A stretch of 64,000 bases of DNA from Flavipsychrobacter sp. (GCA_031292525.1 JARLGY010000010.1:90806-154805), one strand, 5' to 3'. Numbered from the stretch's first letter, positions 1 to 8,065 are shown. Numbers and translations: made by a program. The notes: generated from the letters alone by a model not told the origin.

Positions 1-530
1 AAAAACTGGTCAAGCTATCCAATGGATTGCTTGATCTGGCAAAGGCAAGCTACGACCAGACCGAGATCAATTTTAAAGAACTTCGCCTTGATGAGGTTCT
101 ATTAGATGCTCGTAATGATGTGATACATGATCAGAATTCATACAAGGTGAATATTGTCTTTGAGAAAGAGATTGAAAATGACGATTTCATCTCGGTAATG
201 GGAAATGAATATCTGTTGAAAGTAGCCTTTATGAATCTAATAGAAAATGGATGCAAATTTTCCGAAGAGCATGAATCGACGGTTGCAATAACCTACCTTA
301 ATAACACGACCATTCTCCGCTTTCATGATAATGGTATTGGCATTGATGAAAAGGAGTTACCCAATATTTTTACTTCATTTTATAGGGGTGAGAACAAACA
401 ATATGTTAGCGGCAATGGTATCGGGCTTTCCCTTACGCAAAAGATAATCAAACTGCATAACGCAGAGATATCTGTCGTTTCAACCGTAAATGAGGGAACG
501 ACCTTTACGGTTATCTTGCCTCACGTGTAG
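1..530 (+). CDS. Sensor histidine kinase, C-terminal HATPase_c part (5' end outside the window)
   Basis: The reading frame is open from the window edge. N-box-like NLIENGCKF, G1 box HDNGIGI and G2 box GNGIGLS are present. The stop codon is at 528-530. Confidence 0.85.
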   Translation, partial: KLVKLSNGLLDLAKASYDQTEINFKELRLDEVLLDARNDVIHDQNSYKVNIVFEKEIENDDFISVMGNEYLLKVAFMNLIENGCKFSEEHESTVAITYLNNTTILRFHDNGIGIDEKELPNIFTSFYRGENKQYVSGNGIGLSLTQKIIKLHNAEISVVSTVNEGTTFTVILPHV

Positions 531-540
531 TATTGTTCGC

Positions 541-579
541 TCTAATGAAATTCTAATATTTTTCTAAGCATCTTCTAAT
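541..579. promoter_or_regulatory. Four direct TCTAA(T/G) hexamers phased at exactly 11 bp (starts at 541, 552, 563, 574)
   Basis: Read directly: tctaat gaaat tctaat atttt tctaag catct tctaat. The array begins 11 nt after the kinase stop codon and lies upstream of the porin-mgtA operon. Confidence 0.5.
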
Positions 580-601
580 GGCCTATCCCATAGGCCAGCT
601 T

Positions 602-609
602 TACTTTTG
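602..609 (+). promoter_or_regulatory. Candidate Bacteroidota -7 box (TACTTTTG, fits TAnnTTTG) for the porin-mgtA operon
   Basis: The motif matches the published Bacteroidetes sigma-A -7 consensus. No clear -33 TTG was seen. Confidence 0.35.
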
Positions 610-730
610 TGCCACAATAATAAAAACAAACGCTATGGACGCTGGTCCGAGTATCAACCAATTAATCACCTCTCCATTCATATAGGATGTCCTAGCTATC
701 CCATATGAAAGGGATAAACATGCACAGCCT

Positions 731-2098
731 ATGTACAAATTCTTAAAGCACACAGTCCTTTTTTCCTTTGCAGCGATCAATGGTGTCGCATATGCACAGG
801 ATAGTCCGTCATTAGCAGCAAATAGCAGTGAAGGAAAAGCGAAGCTGGATACTCTTAATAAAAACGAGCGGTATAGCTATCATTTTCAAACCACAATGAT
901 AGGCCAACATCAAGAAAATTTCAGTGCTCCCTATTCAGGCAAGAACAGTCTGCTCACAGATGAAAAGCTTCGGCTTTCAGCAACGTCAACGCTTTTTTTA
1001 GGCGCACGATTGTGGAAAGGTGCGGAAGTATTTTTCAATCCTGAACTAAGTGGCGGCAGAGGAATAAGCTCTACTACGGGCATGGCTGGATTTCCCAATG
1101 GCGAAACTTATCGCATTGGCGATCCTGAACCTGTAATTAGTATATCCAGGATATTTTTGAGACAGACCTTTGACCTCAACAGTGAATTTAGCAATATAGA
1201 TGGCGGGCAAAATATTCATAAAGGCTATGTATCAACGAACAGGCTGGTGCTCACATTTGGTAAATTCTCCGTGGCAGACATTTTTGATGCCAACACGTAT
1301 AGCCATGATCCGCGCAACCAATTCATGAACTGGGCGACCATGAGCGCTGGTGCCTGGGATTACCCCGCCAATACCAGAGGATATACTTACGGTTTTGTTG
1401 CTGAACTGATAAAGCCCACCTGGAGTTTAAAAGGCGCAGTTACGATGGTGCCAGAAGTCGCGAATGGCCCTTATATGGATATGAATATTGGGAATGCCCA
1501 TTCTGAAACGGTAGAATTTGATAAGAAGATCACAATCAATAAGCGAAATGGGATAATCCGGCTTATCGGCTATTATACCCAGGCAGATATGGGTAATTAT
1601 AAAGAAGCAACGACAGATACCCAATATCATTTAGATGTTACGCAGACACGGTCATATGCACATGCCAAAGGCGGGTTTGTGATCAATGCAGAGCAGGAAC
1701 TGAGTAATTCCATAGGCGTCTTCTGTAGATATAGCTGGAATGATGGTAAAAACGAAACATGGGCATTTACCGAAATAGACCGCTCATTCAATATCGGAGT
1801 TCAGGTAAAAGGCACAGGATGGAAACGGCCTGCGGATCAATTTGGCGCGGCATTATTACTAGACGGCTTGTCAAAAGACCATAGAGCGTATCTCACTGCT
1901 GGAGGCTATGGCTTCATAATAGGCGATGGGCAACTGAATTATGGTCTTGAACACGTGATCGAGCTTTATTATAGCGCGAAACTGTTTGATAACTTCTGGC
2001 TTTCTCCCGATTATCAATTTGTCCTTAACCCCGCATATAACAAGGATCGTGGCCCGGTGGTAAATATCGTTGGCATACGCGGACACATAGAGTTCTAA
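731..2098 (+). CDS. Outer-membrane porin, carbohydrate-porin (OprB)-like
   Basis: The protein has a signal peptide (FSFAAINGVAYAQ), alternating beta-strand composition and a C-terminal aromatic residue (EF). It sits immediately upstream of mgtA. Confidence 0.6.
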   Translation: MYKFLKHTVLFSFAAINGVAYAQDSPSLAANSSEGKAKLDTLNKNERYSYHFQTTMIGQHQENFSAPYSGKNSLLTDEKLRLSATSTLFLGARLWKGAEVFFNPELSGGRGISSTTGMAGFPNGETYRIGDPEPVISISRIFLRQTFDLNSEFSNIDGGQNIHKGYVSTNRLVLTFGKFSVADIFDANTYSHDPRNQFMNWATMSAGAWDYPANTRGYTYGFVAELIKPTWSLKGAVTMVPEVANGPYMDMNIGNAHSETVEFDKKITINKRNGIIRLIGYYTQADMGNYKEATTDTQYHLDVTQTRSYAHAKGGFVINAEQELSNSIGVFCRYSWNDGKNETWAFTEIDRSFNIGVQVKGTGWKRPADQFGAALLLDGLSKDHRAYLTAGGYGFIIGDGQLNYGLEHVIELYYSAKLFDNFWLSPDYQFVLNPAYNKDRGPVVNIVGIRGHIEF

Positions 2099-2138
2099 CC
2101 TAAAAACATGATCCTACCATTTTTAAAACTATTCAGAA

Positions 2139-4856
2139 ATGCGTTCTACAAATAAAATACAGCAGCTAAAAAGCAACCTATCCCCAAATGGAGTAAGCGG
2201 CTTTGACGAAAGCGCTATTACCAAACTTCGCGGTGCAGCCCGCACAGACAGCGCATATTTTTTGCCAGCACTTGATAGCAATATCAATGGTCTTACACCT
2301 GAACAAGTATCAGAAAAAATAAAATTATTCGGCTTGAACGAAATTGAGCATGAAAAAGCGCCTGCCTGGTACAAGCAGTTATTTCAGGCTTTCGTCAATC
2401 CGTTCATCGCTGTTCTTATTATCCTTGCCATCATTTCTTTTATCATGGATGTGCTGCTGGCGGCACCCGGGGATGCTGACTATAAAACAGTGATCGTGGT
2501 AGGAACAATGGTGATGCTTAGCTCACTATTGCGGTTTTGGCAGGAATATACCAGTAACCGTGCAGCGGAGGAATTAAAAGGGATGGTTAAAACTACCGCT
2601 ACCGTATTAAGGCAGGTAGGATTGCGTATCAGTACCAAAAAAGAGATCGAGATAAAAGATATCGTACCGGGCGACATTATATCACTCAGTGCAGGAGATA
2701 TGATACCTGCGGACTGTAGAGTTATTCAATCCAAAGACCTGTTTGTGAGCCAGGCCATGCTCACCGGGGAATCGCTGCCATTAGAAAAGCGAGAGGTAAA
2801 AATTGCAGGTGCTGAAAACAAATCACCATTAGAGCTGGATAACATCTGCTTTATGGGTACTAATGTTGTCAGCGGGATGGCAACCGTAGTTGCCGTCACC
2901 ACAGGGAACCTCACCTATTTCGGCTCGATTGGCAAAGCTATTTCAGGGAAAAGAGCTGAAACAAGTTTTGACAAAGGTGTTAACAAAGTAAGCTGGCTGC
3001 TTATTCGTTTTATGCTGGTCATGGTGCCACTGGTTTTTTTGATCAATGGCTTTACCAAGCACAACTGGCTGGAAGCGCTATTATTTGGAATATCCGTAGC
3101 TGTTGGCTTAACCCCAGAAATGCTGCCGATGATCGTTACCGCCAACCTGGCAAAAGGGGCGTTGAACATGAGCAAAAGGAAAGTGATCGTAAAACGCTTG
3201 AATGCTATCCAGAATATTGGTGCTATGGATATCCTGTGTACGGACAAAACGGGTACCCTTACAATGGATAAGATAGTGCTTGAGCGGCATTTAAATGTGT
3301 TTGGTGATGAAGATGACGAGGTGATGAAATGGGCGTATCTCAACAGTTTTCACCAAACAGGACTAAAGAATTTGCTGGACGTAGCGGTATTGGAACATGC
3401 AGAGATACATAATTGTTTGAAGGCTGACGAATTTTTTAAAAAGATCGATGAAATACCATTTGATTTCCAGCGCAGGCGAATGAGTGTGATCCTCGAAGAA
3501 AAGAATGGTAAACACTTATTGATATGCAAGGGGGCTGTGGAAGAGATGCTGGATATTTGTTCCCATGCTTTTGATCCTGGCGAAGATAAACAACTACATA
3601 TTGAGAATGACAAGATCGTTCCGATGGATGATGCCATGCGAAAGATCATTCTCAATACCTCTAAGAAATTAAACGAGGAAGGTCTGAGGGTCTTATTGGT
3701 TGCTATCAAAGAATATGATGAACGTCCACTTACCTATTCTATCGCTGATGAACATGGCTTGGTACTGACAGGTTTTGTTGGCTTCTTGGACCCGGCCAAA
3801 CCTTCTGCTAAGCCAGCTATTGAGGGTTTGCATAAATTGGGCGTGAGTATAAAGGTGCTAACGGGCGATAATGAAATTGTCACTAAAAAGATATGCAGGG
3901 ATGTAGGTATTCCTATTACCAATGTGTTATTGGGTAGTGATATGGAGAAAATGAGCGATGAGGATATTATCTCCAAGATCGATGATATTTCTATCATAGC
4001 TAAACTAAGCCCAATACAAAAATCACGGGTCATAAAGTTACTACAAATCAAAGGTCATACTGTCGGCTTTATGGGCGATGGTATTAATGATGCCGCTGCC
4101 TTACGTGATGCAGATGTTGGCATTTCCGTTGATACTGCCGTTGATATAGCCAAGGAAAGTGCCGATATTATTTTGTTGGAGAAAGACCTGATGGTGATCC
4201 GCAAAGGTGTAGTATATGGCCGTAGAACTTTCGGCAATATCATCAAGTATATTAAAATGACTGCAAGCAGCAATTTCGGTAACATGTTCAGTGTACTAGG
4301 CGCAAGTGCTTTATTGCCGTTCTTACCGATGCTGCCTATTCAATTATTGGTGCAGAACCTGTTGTATGATATCTCCCAGATATCTATCCCCTGGGATAGC
4401 ATGGATAAGGAGTTTATCGAAAAACCACAAAAATGGGATGCAGGCAGTATCAGCCGCTTTATGGTTTTCATTGGACCTATTAGCTCTATATTCGATTATA
4501 CGACGTTTGCCGTGATGTTCTTTTTCTTTAAAGCCAATTCCCCTGAACATCAAAGCTTGTTTCAAAGTGGGTGGTTTATAGAAGGCTTATTGTCTCAGAC
4601 ACTGATCGTCCATATGATCCGCACCAGGAAAATTCCATTCATCCAAAGCTGGGCTACTGCACCTGTCCTTGCGCTTACGTCTCTGATCATGGCACTCGGC
4701 ATTTTTATTCCGTTCTCGCCATTAGCTTCAGCGTTGAAAATGCAAGCTTTACCCCTTAGTTATTTCCCTTGGCTTATAGGGATATTGTTGAGTTACTGCT
4801 TCCTGACACAATTTGTAAAGACATGGTTCATTAAAAAATTCAACGAGTGGTTATGA
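2139..4856 (+). CDS. mgtA: Magnesium-translocating P-type ATPase
   Basis: P-type ATPase motifs are present: TGES, DKTGTLT, TGDN and GDGINDAAAL. At 905 aa, the length and TM layout are typical of MgtA/MgtB. Confidence 0.93.
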   Translation: MRSTNKIQQLKSNLSPNGVSGFDESAITKLRGAARTDSAYFLPALDSNINGLTPEQVSEKIKLFGLNEIEHEKAPAWYKQLFQAFVNPFIAVLIILAIISFIMDVLLAAPGDADYKTVIVVGTMVMLSSLLRFWQEYTSNRAAEELKGMVKTTATVLRQVGLRISTKKEIEIKDIVPGDIISLSAGDMIPADCRVIQSKDLFVSQAMLTGESLPLEKREVKIAGAENKSPLELDNICFMGTNVVSGMATVVAVTTGNLTYFGSIGKAISGKRAETSFDKGVNKVSWLLIRFMLVMVPLVFLINGFTKHNWLEALLFGISVAVGLTPEMLPMIVTANLAKGALNMSKRKVIVKRLNAIQNIGAMDILCTDKTGTLTMDKIVLERHLNVFGDEDDEVMKWAYLNSFHQTGLKNLLDVAVLEHAEIHNCLKADEFFKKIDEIPFDFQRRRMSVILEEKNGKHLLICKGAVEEMLDICSHAFDPGEDKQLHIENDKIVPMDDAMRKIILNTSKKLNEEGLRVLLVAIKEYDERPLTYSIADEHGLVLTGFVGFLDPAKPSAKPAIEGLHKLGVSIKVLTGDNEIVTKKICRDVGIPITNVLLGSDMEKMSDEDIISKIDDISIIAKLSPIQKSRVIKLLQIKGHTVGFMGDGINDAAALRDADVGISVDTAVDIAKESADIILLEKDLMVIRKGVVYGRRTFGNIIKYIKMTASSNFGNMFSVLGASALLPFLPMLPIQLLVQNLLYDISQISIPWDSMDKEFIEKPQKWDAGSISRFMVFIGPISSIFDYTTFAVMFFFFKANSPEHQSLFQSGWFIEGLLSQTLIVHMIRTRKIPFIQSWATAPVLALTSLIMALGIFIPFSPLASALKMQALPLSYFPWLIGILLSYCFLTQFVKTWFIKKFNEWL

Positions 4857-4936
4857 GAAAGAAAAGTATCCGGTTAGCTATCGCCATCATTTTATTGATG
4901 GCGATAGTTGCCATTATTGATTTTAAATGCAGGTAG
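4853..4936 (+). CDS. 27-aa hydrophobic small ORF (MRKKSIRLAIAIILLMAIVAIIDFKCR) overlapping the mgtA stop codon (ATGA)
   Basis: My own translation. It has a basic N-terminus followed by about 17 hydrophobic residues. The ATG at 4853 overlaps the mgtA TGA at 4854-4856. The nearest hairpin follows this ORF, not mgtA. Confidence 0.4.
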   Translation: MRKKSIRLAIAIILLMAIVAIIDFKCR

Positions 4937-4953
4937 AAAACTCCTATTCGTTT

Positions 4954-4982
4954 AAAAGAGCGTTCATTTTTAAGGCTCTTTT
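4954..4982 (+). terminator. Weak hairpin after mgtA and the small ORF
   Basis: aaaagagc (4954-4961) pairs with gctctttt (4975-4982) around a 13-nt loop. The stem is A/T-rich. Confidence 0.35.
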
Positions 4983-5024
4983 AAAAATGCTCATGTCGTG
5001 ATAGGTTCGATAGTCAAAAAGGAT

Positions 5025-5071
5025 GACCCATTTTGACTCGAACCAACCAGCACTGAAAATCAATGCATTGC
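5025..5071 (-). repeat. Decayed tRNA-like fragment (T-arm-like GGTTCGAGTC), left copy
   Basis: The minus strand reads ...GCATTGATTTTCAGTGCTGGTTGGTTCGAGTCAAAATGGGTC. No complete cloverleaf can be folded. It is paralogous to 10678-10724. Confidence 0.45.
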
Positions 5072-5090
5072 AACTTCAAACAACGAGGCT

Positions 5091-5136
5091 AAAATAGTAA
5101 AACCCGCTCTGAGAGCGGGTTTTACCTTACATGTTA
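5091..5136. repeat. Left copy of a 46-nt direct repeat (orphan copy of the tRNA-Gln terminator flank)
   Basis: It is 44/46 identical to 10743-10788. Both mismatches lie at the apex of the hairpin aaacccgctc/gagcgggttt (5100-5122). Confidence 0.85.
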
Positions 5137-5187
5137 ACCCATCTGTATTTTTTTCGAACCAATTTGTAGGAGATTTGAAGAAAATCG
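5136..5187. repeat. Copy 1 of a roughly 50-nt repeat family (AACCCATCTG-ATTTTTTTCGAACC-TTTGTAGGAGATTTGAAGAAAATCG)
   Basis: It aligns by eye with 5853-5903 and 5919-5972. Positionally it corresponds to a decayed 3' part of tRNA-Gln. Confidence 0.7.
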
Positions 5188-5260
5188 GCCTTTCGATTAT
5201 CTAACATTCGTATATTTATTTATTCGTATGACATACAAATAAAATACCGTGCAAAGTAAT

Positions 5261-5818
5261 ATGGGCTTTTCGCTTGAAAATATAGAGGAATTTAAAATTC
5301 CATTAGACGACTACATATCGAAATGGATATTCACGGATGAAAACGAGCAATTGGCGAGTAAAGAACATCAAGACCAAATCTTTCCATTAACAAAAGAAGC
5401 TGCAAATTTTCTTTGGGATCATGAAGTAAAAATCGGCATCATATGTTCAGAGAAGTTTTTTAAAAATATTTCGGCGTTTGATGGTGGATCATCTGGTCAA
5501 CAGACAATTAAGAAATACTTGTACAATTTAGGTATTCCGTTTAGCCAAAAGGTTTTTATAGCGCAGCAGCCCGATACCGCTTTTGTGCTTACCTGGAAAA
5601 TGGTGATCAAATACTCACACAATCTTTTTTTCGCTCATGACCAAATAGTTTGGGACAGAACATTGAATTGGCAACTAGAATTTCACCACGACGGGCTTTT
5701 TACCTTTGGACGAGACTTTATTTACGACGGACAATCTGAGATGCAAAAAAATAAAGAAAAAACACAAATAGCATTGAAAGAAATGGCTGAACGAAAAAAC
5801 CGACACGGTTTCGACTAA
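5261..5818 (+). CDS. Hypothetical protein (185 aa from the ATG; the ORF track starts at GTG 5249)
   Basis: It is the only long ORF in this segment. It is flanked by repeat copies 1 and 2. No motif was recognised. Confidence 0.55.
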   Translation: MGFSLENIEEFKIPLDDYISKWIFTDENEQLASKEHQDQIFPLTKEAANFLWDHEVKIGIICSEKFFKNISAFDGGSSGQQTIKKYLYNLGIPFSQKVFIAQQPDTAFVLTWKMVIKYSHNLFFAHDQIVWDRTLNWQLEFHHDGLFTFGRDFIYDGQSEMQKNKEKTQIALKEMAERKNRHGFD

Positions 5819-5827
5819 ATAAAAAAA

Positions 5828-5844
5828 GCCCCGCAATGCGGGGC
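5828..5844. terminator. GC-rich hairpin gccccgc-aat-gcggggc
   Basis: The 7-bp GC stem has an A7 tract on its plus-strand 5' side, which reads as a U-tract on the minus strand. It lies 10 nt after the stop codon of 5261-5818. Confidence 0.55.
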
Positions 5845-5852
5845 TGAAAGTT

Positions 5853-5903
5853 AACCCATCTGGATTTTTTTCGAACCGGTTTGTGGAGGATTTGAAAAAA
5901 TTG
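5853..5903. repeat. Copy 2 of the roughly 50-nt repeat family
   Basis: aacccatctggatttttttcgaaccggtttgtggaggatttgaaaaaattg. Confidence 0.7.
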
Positions 5904-5918
5904 TCAGCATGATATGAT

Positions 5919-5972
5919 GACCCGGATTGCATTTTTTTTCGAACCGGTTTGTAGAAGATTTGAAGAAAATCG
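5919..5972. repeat. Copy 3 of the roughly 50-nt repeat family
   Basis: gacccggattgcattttttttcgaaccggtttgtagaagatttgaagaaaatcg. Confidence 0.65.
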
Positions 5973-6157
5973 TCGTCTATTATATGTAAAGATATAGTCT
6001 CATTTGGTCGGGAGAACGTGTCAAATTTCGAACTTATTTATGAACCTCATGCAATTCAACATATCATTACATCAGTAGGCCTAACCATGCATAACTTGAC
6101 ATCACTCGATACAACCGAGCACAATACCAAATGAGGTTGACAGGACAACTTTCAAAC

Positions 6158-7636
6158 TCATAATTTGCTTTTGATACTTTGCATATCATTCTTAAATTGC
6201 ATAAGTTTATTATCATCTATTGCAATATCAGGGTAATAGGTTTTAATAAATTCCAGTGCAGAAACTCTACCTGATAATATCAGAAATTTCTTTTTGTCAG
6301 AGGTTAATTTGAAATCTGTTGTCTTTATTGGAGTGGTATCGATTTTTACAATCTTATCGAGATTTCTATCTACAAAGTCCATTTCTTCCCCGTCAACAGA
6401 CAAATTAAATAGCTCATTGAGGACAGACCAGCTTCTCTTGGTCGTCGATTTTAGATAGAGGCCAATGAACGGTTTCTCTGGATTGTCTTCAATAAAGCGT
6501 TTTAATGGGAAATTATTTCGTAATCCACCATCGTAAACTTTTATCCCGTCTTCTTTTTTGCAAGTGAAGTAAATTGGAATTGACATGGAGCACCTCGCAG
6601 CATATGCAGCATGTGCTGTTTTCCGATCTCCATGAGACTCAAATTTTATTGTCCCGTCCTTTACTCTGCTTGCATATAAAGTTATCTCAACCGGAATATC
6701 TGCTAAAACGACTTCATTTTCTTTTTTTATTTTCTTTTTGATTAACTGGCTAATCCAACTTTCTATTTCGTTCCCTGGATATAAGCCACCTTTTGAAAAA
6801 AGGTTAGCAAGCATCTGTAAAACACCTGCGTCTTTAAAATCATTGAAGTTTTTGCTACTCAATTCAATAAGTAACTCAGCAGGTGTATATCCAGCTCCTA
6901 ATAGAACAGCAGCAATTGCACCAGCATATGCGGTAAAAGAAAAATGCTGCTCTAATTCAAGTAGTGCCCCAGCAAAAGCCAAGCCTTTCACCCCACCTCC
7001 TTTCAAAATAATTGCGTACGAATGTTGGTTACTAACAACCAAAAGTAATTTGTTAATAGCTTCATTTATACCAATAGTCAGCCTGGGTTGCAGTTTGGCA
7101 CGACAACTATCACAAATGTGGCCCGAAGCCAACGATAAAAGTAATTCATATTTTTTCTCTTTGAAATGGAAAATGCAATCTTTATTTTCCTTTTCATTGT
7201 GTGATTTTAATTCGGGCTGTAGAAAACTCAGCGCATATCTTACCAAATAGTAACGGCAGTATCTAACTCTATCGTTTACAAATTGATTGAAGTTGTACGT
7301 CGTAAATACAGCAAATTCACCATTTTCGGACCTTGTTCCAAATATATCCTCCCATCTGTTCGATGATAAATAACCATTAACAATTAGTATTATGAATGGT
7401 CGATGGCCCTTTGCCTCCGCTTTATACTCTATAAGCCATTTAAAAACATCGTTTGAAACGTATTTCTCTCTCTTATAAGGGTACAGTTTTTCCCTGAGGT
7501 CATGTTCAGCTAGGCTAAAATGGAATTCGGTTTGCACTTTATTGAGCGATTCGCAAGCTGCGCTCACACTTTTAATCAAATCAAGGCTGATTGTTAATAT
7601 TTCTATTGGATAAGGCATCGTGTCTTTAAGTAACAA
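6158..7636 (-). CDS. Two-domain protein: unassigned N-terminal domain of about 205 aa fused to a patatin-like phospholipase fold with no GxSxG serine
   Basis: Three patatin blocks are present: GGGVKG (oxyanion), ARCSMSIPIYF and YDGGLRNNFP (Asp of the dyad). The nucleophile-elbow position reads FTAYAGA instead of GTSAGA. Position 7636 is a TTG, so ATG 7618 (MPYPIE) is the more likely start. Confidence 0.75.
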   Translation of the reverse strand: MLLKDTMPYPIEILTISLDLIKSVSAACESLNKVQTEFHFSLAEHDLREKLYPYKREKYVSNDVFKWLIEYKAEAKGHRPFIILIVNGYLSSNRWEDIFGTRSENGEFAVFTTYNFNQFVNDRVRYCRYYLVRYALSFLQPELKSHNEKENKDCIFHFKEKKYELLLSLASGHICDSCRAKLQPRLTIGINEAINKLLLVVSNQHSYAIILKGGGVKGLAFAGALLELEQHFSFTAYAGAIAAVLLGAGYTPAELLIELSSKNFNDFKDAGVLQMLANLFSKGGLYPGNEIESWISQLIKKKIKKENEVVLADIPVEITLYASRVKDGTIKFESHGDRKTAHAAYAARCSMSIPIYFTCKKEDGIKVYDGGLRNNFPLKRFIEDNPEKPFIGLYLKSTTKRSWSVLNELFNLSVDGEEMDFVDRNLDKIVKIDTTPIKTTDFKLTSDKKKFLILSGRVSALEFIKTYYPDIAIDDNKLMQFKNDMQSIKSKL

Positions 7637-8009
7637 TTAATGTTGGATCTTCGTCGTAAAGCATTTCACCGGTCTGACCGCTTTCTACCTTCACTCCATA
7701 TTTAAAATGACCTTTTTTTTCTGCCTCGTCTTCTGCAATTCGAACAATTGTCTTCTCATTTTCCTGAAGGATAAAAGGAATATCTAACACTTGCACAAAC
7801 TTCCGTTTCCAACTAAAAGGTGAACTCCTATCAAAATATACTGTAAAAATCAAGCCTATCGGCGAATAGTGCGGGCGGATTCTTTTTTAAAAATCGATAA
7901 TATTCCATTGGATGATTGAGTGCAGTGGAACGACAATTTCGTTTGGGATCCGCAAAAGTTTTTCGGGTTGTCCTGTGAGTTCGATATCTATTTTTATTAT
8001 CTCGGCCAT
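7626..8009 (-). pseudogene. 127-codon reading frame interrupted by one in-frame TAA (7887-7889). It is either a nonsense-disrupted gene or two small ORFs (40 aa plus about 75 aa).
   Basis: My own translation: ATG 8009 MAEIIKIDIELTGQPEKLLRIPNEIVVPLHSIIQWNIIDF, then TAA, then KRIRPHYSPIGLIFTVYFDR... in the same frame. The stop lies in a T5A6 tract. Confidence 0.5.
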
Positions 8010-8065
8010 TGCACTTATTTTACGATAAACATACTAAGAGAATATTTTTTAGTAACAATTGTACT

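Noticed and set aside
531-730. M-box (ykoK) Mg2+ riboswitch upstream of porin-mgtA
   Set aside because: I could not recognise the conserved M-box core helices or sequence by eye. An Rfam/Infernal scan would be needed, so no riboswitch is claimed.
2129-4565. Multiple 60-140-aa minus-strand and alternative-frame ORFs within mgtA
   Set aside because: All lie inside a gene with unambiguous P-type ATPase motifs. They are shadow ORFs.
5136-5972. CRISPR array as an explanation for the three roughly 50-nt repeats
   Set aside because: The spacing is grossly irregular (about 665 nt, then about 15 nt). The repeats are diverged, one interval contains a protein-coding gene, and no cas genes are present in the window.
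6738-7250. 170-aa plus-strand ORF inside the patatin-like gene
   Set aside because: It lies entirely antisense to a gene with clear patatin blocks. Its composition is low-complexity (Ser/Ala/Pro/Lys-rich), typical of a shadow ORF.
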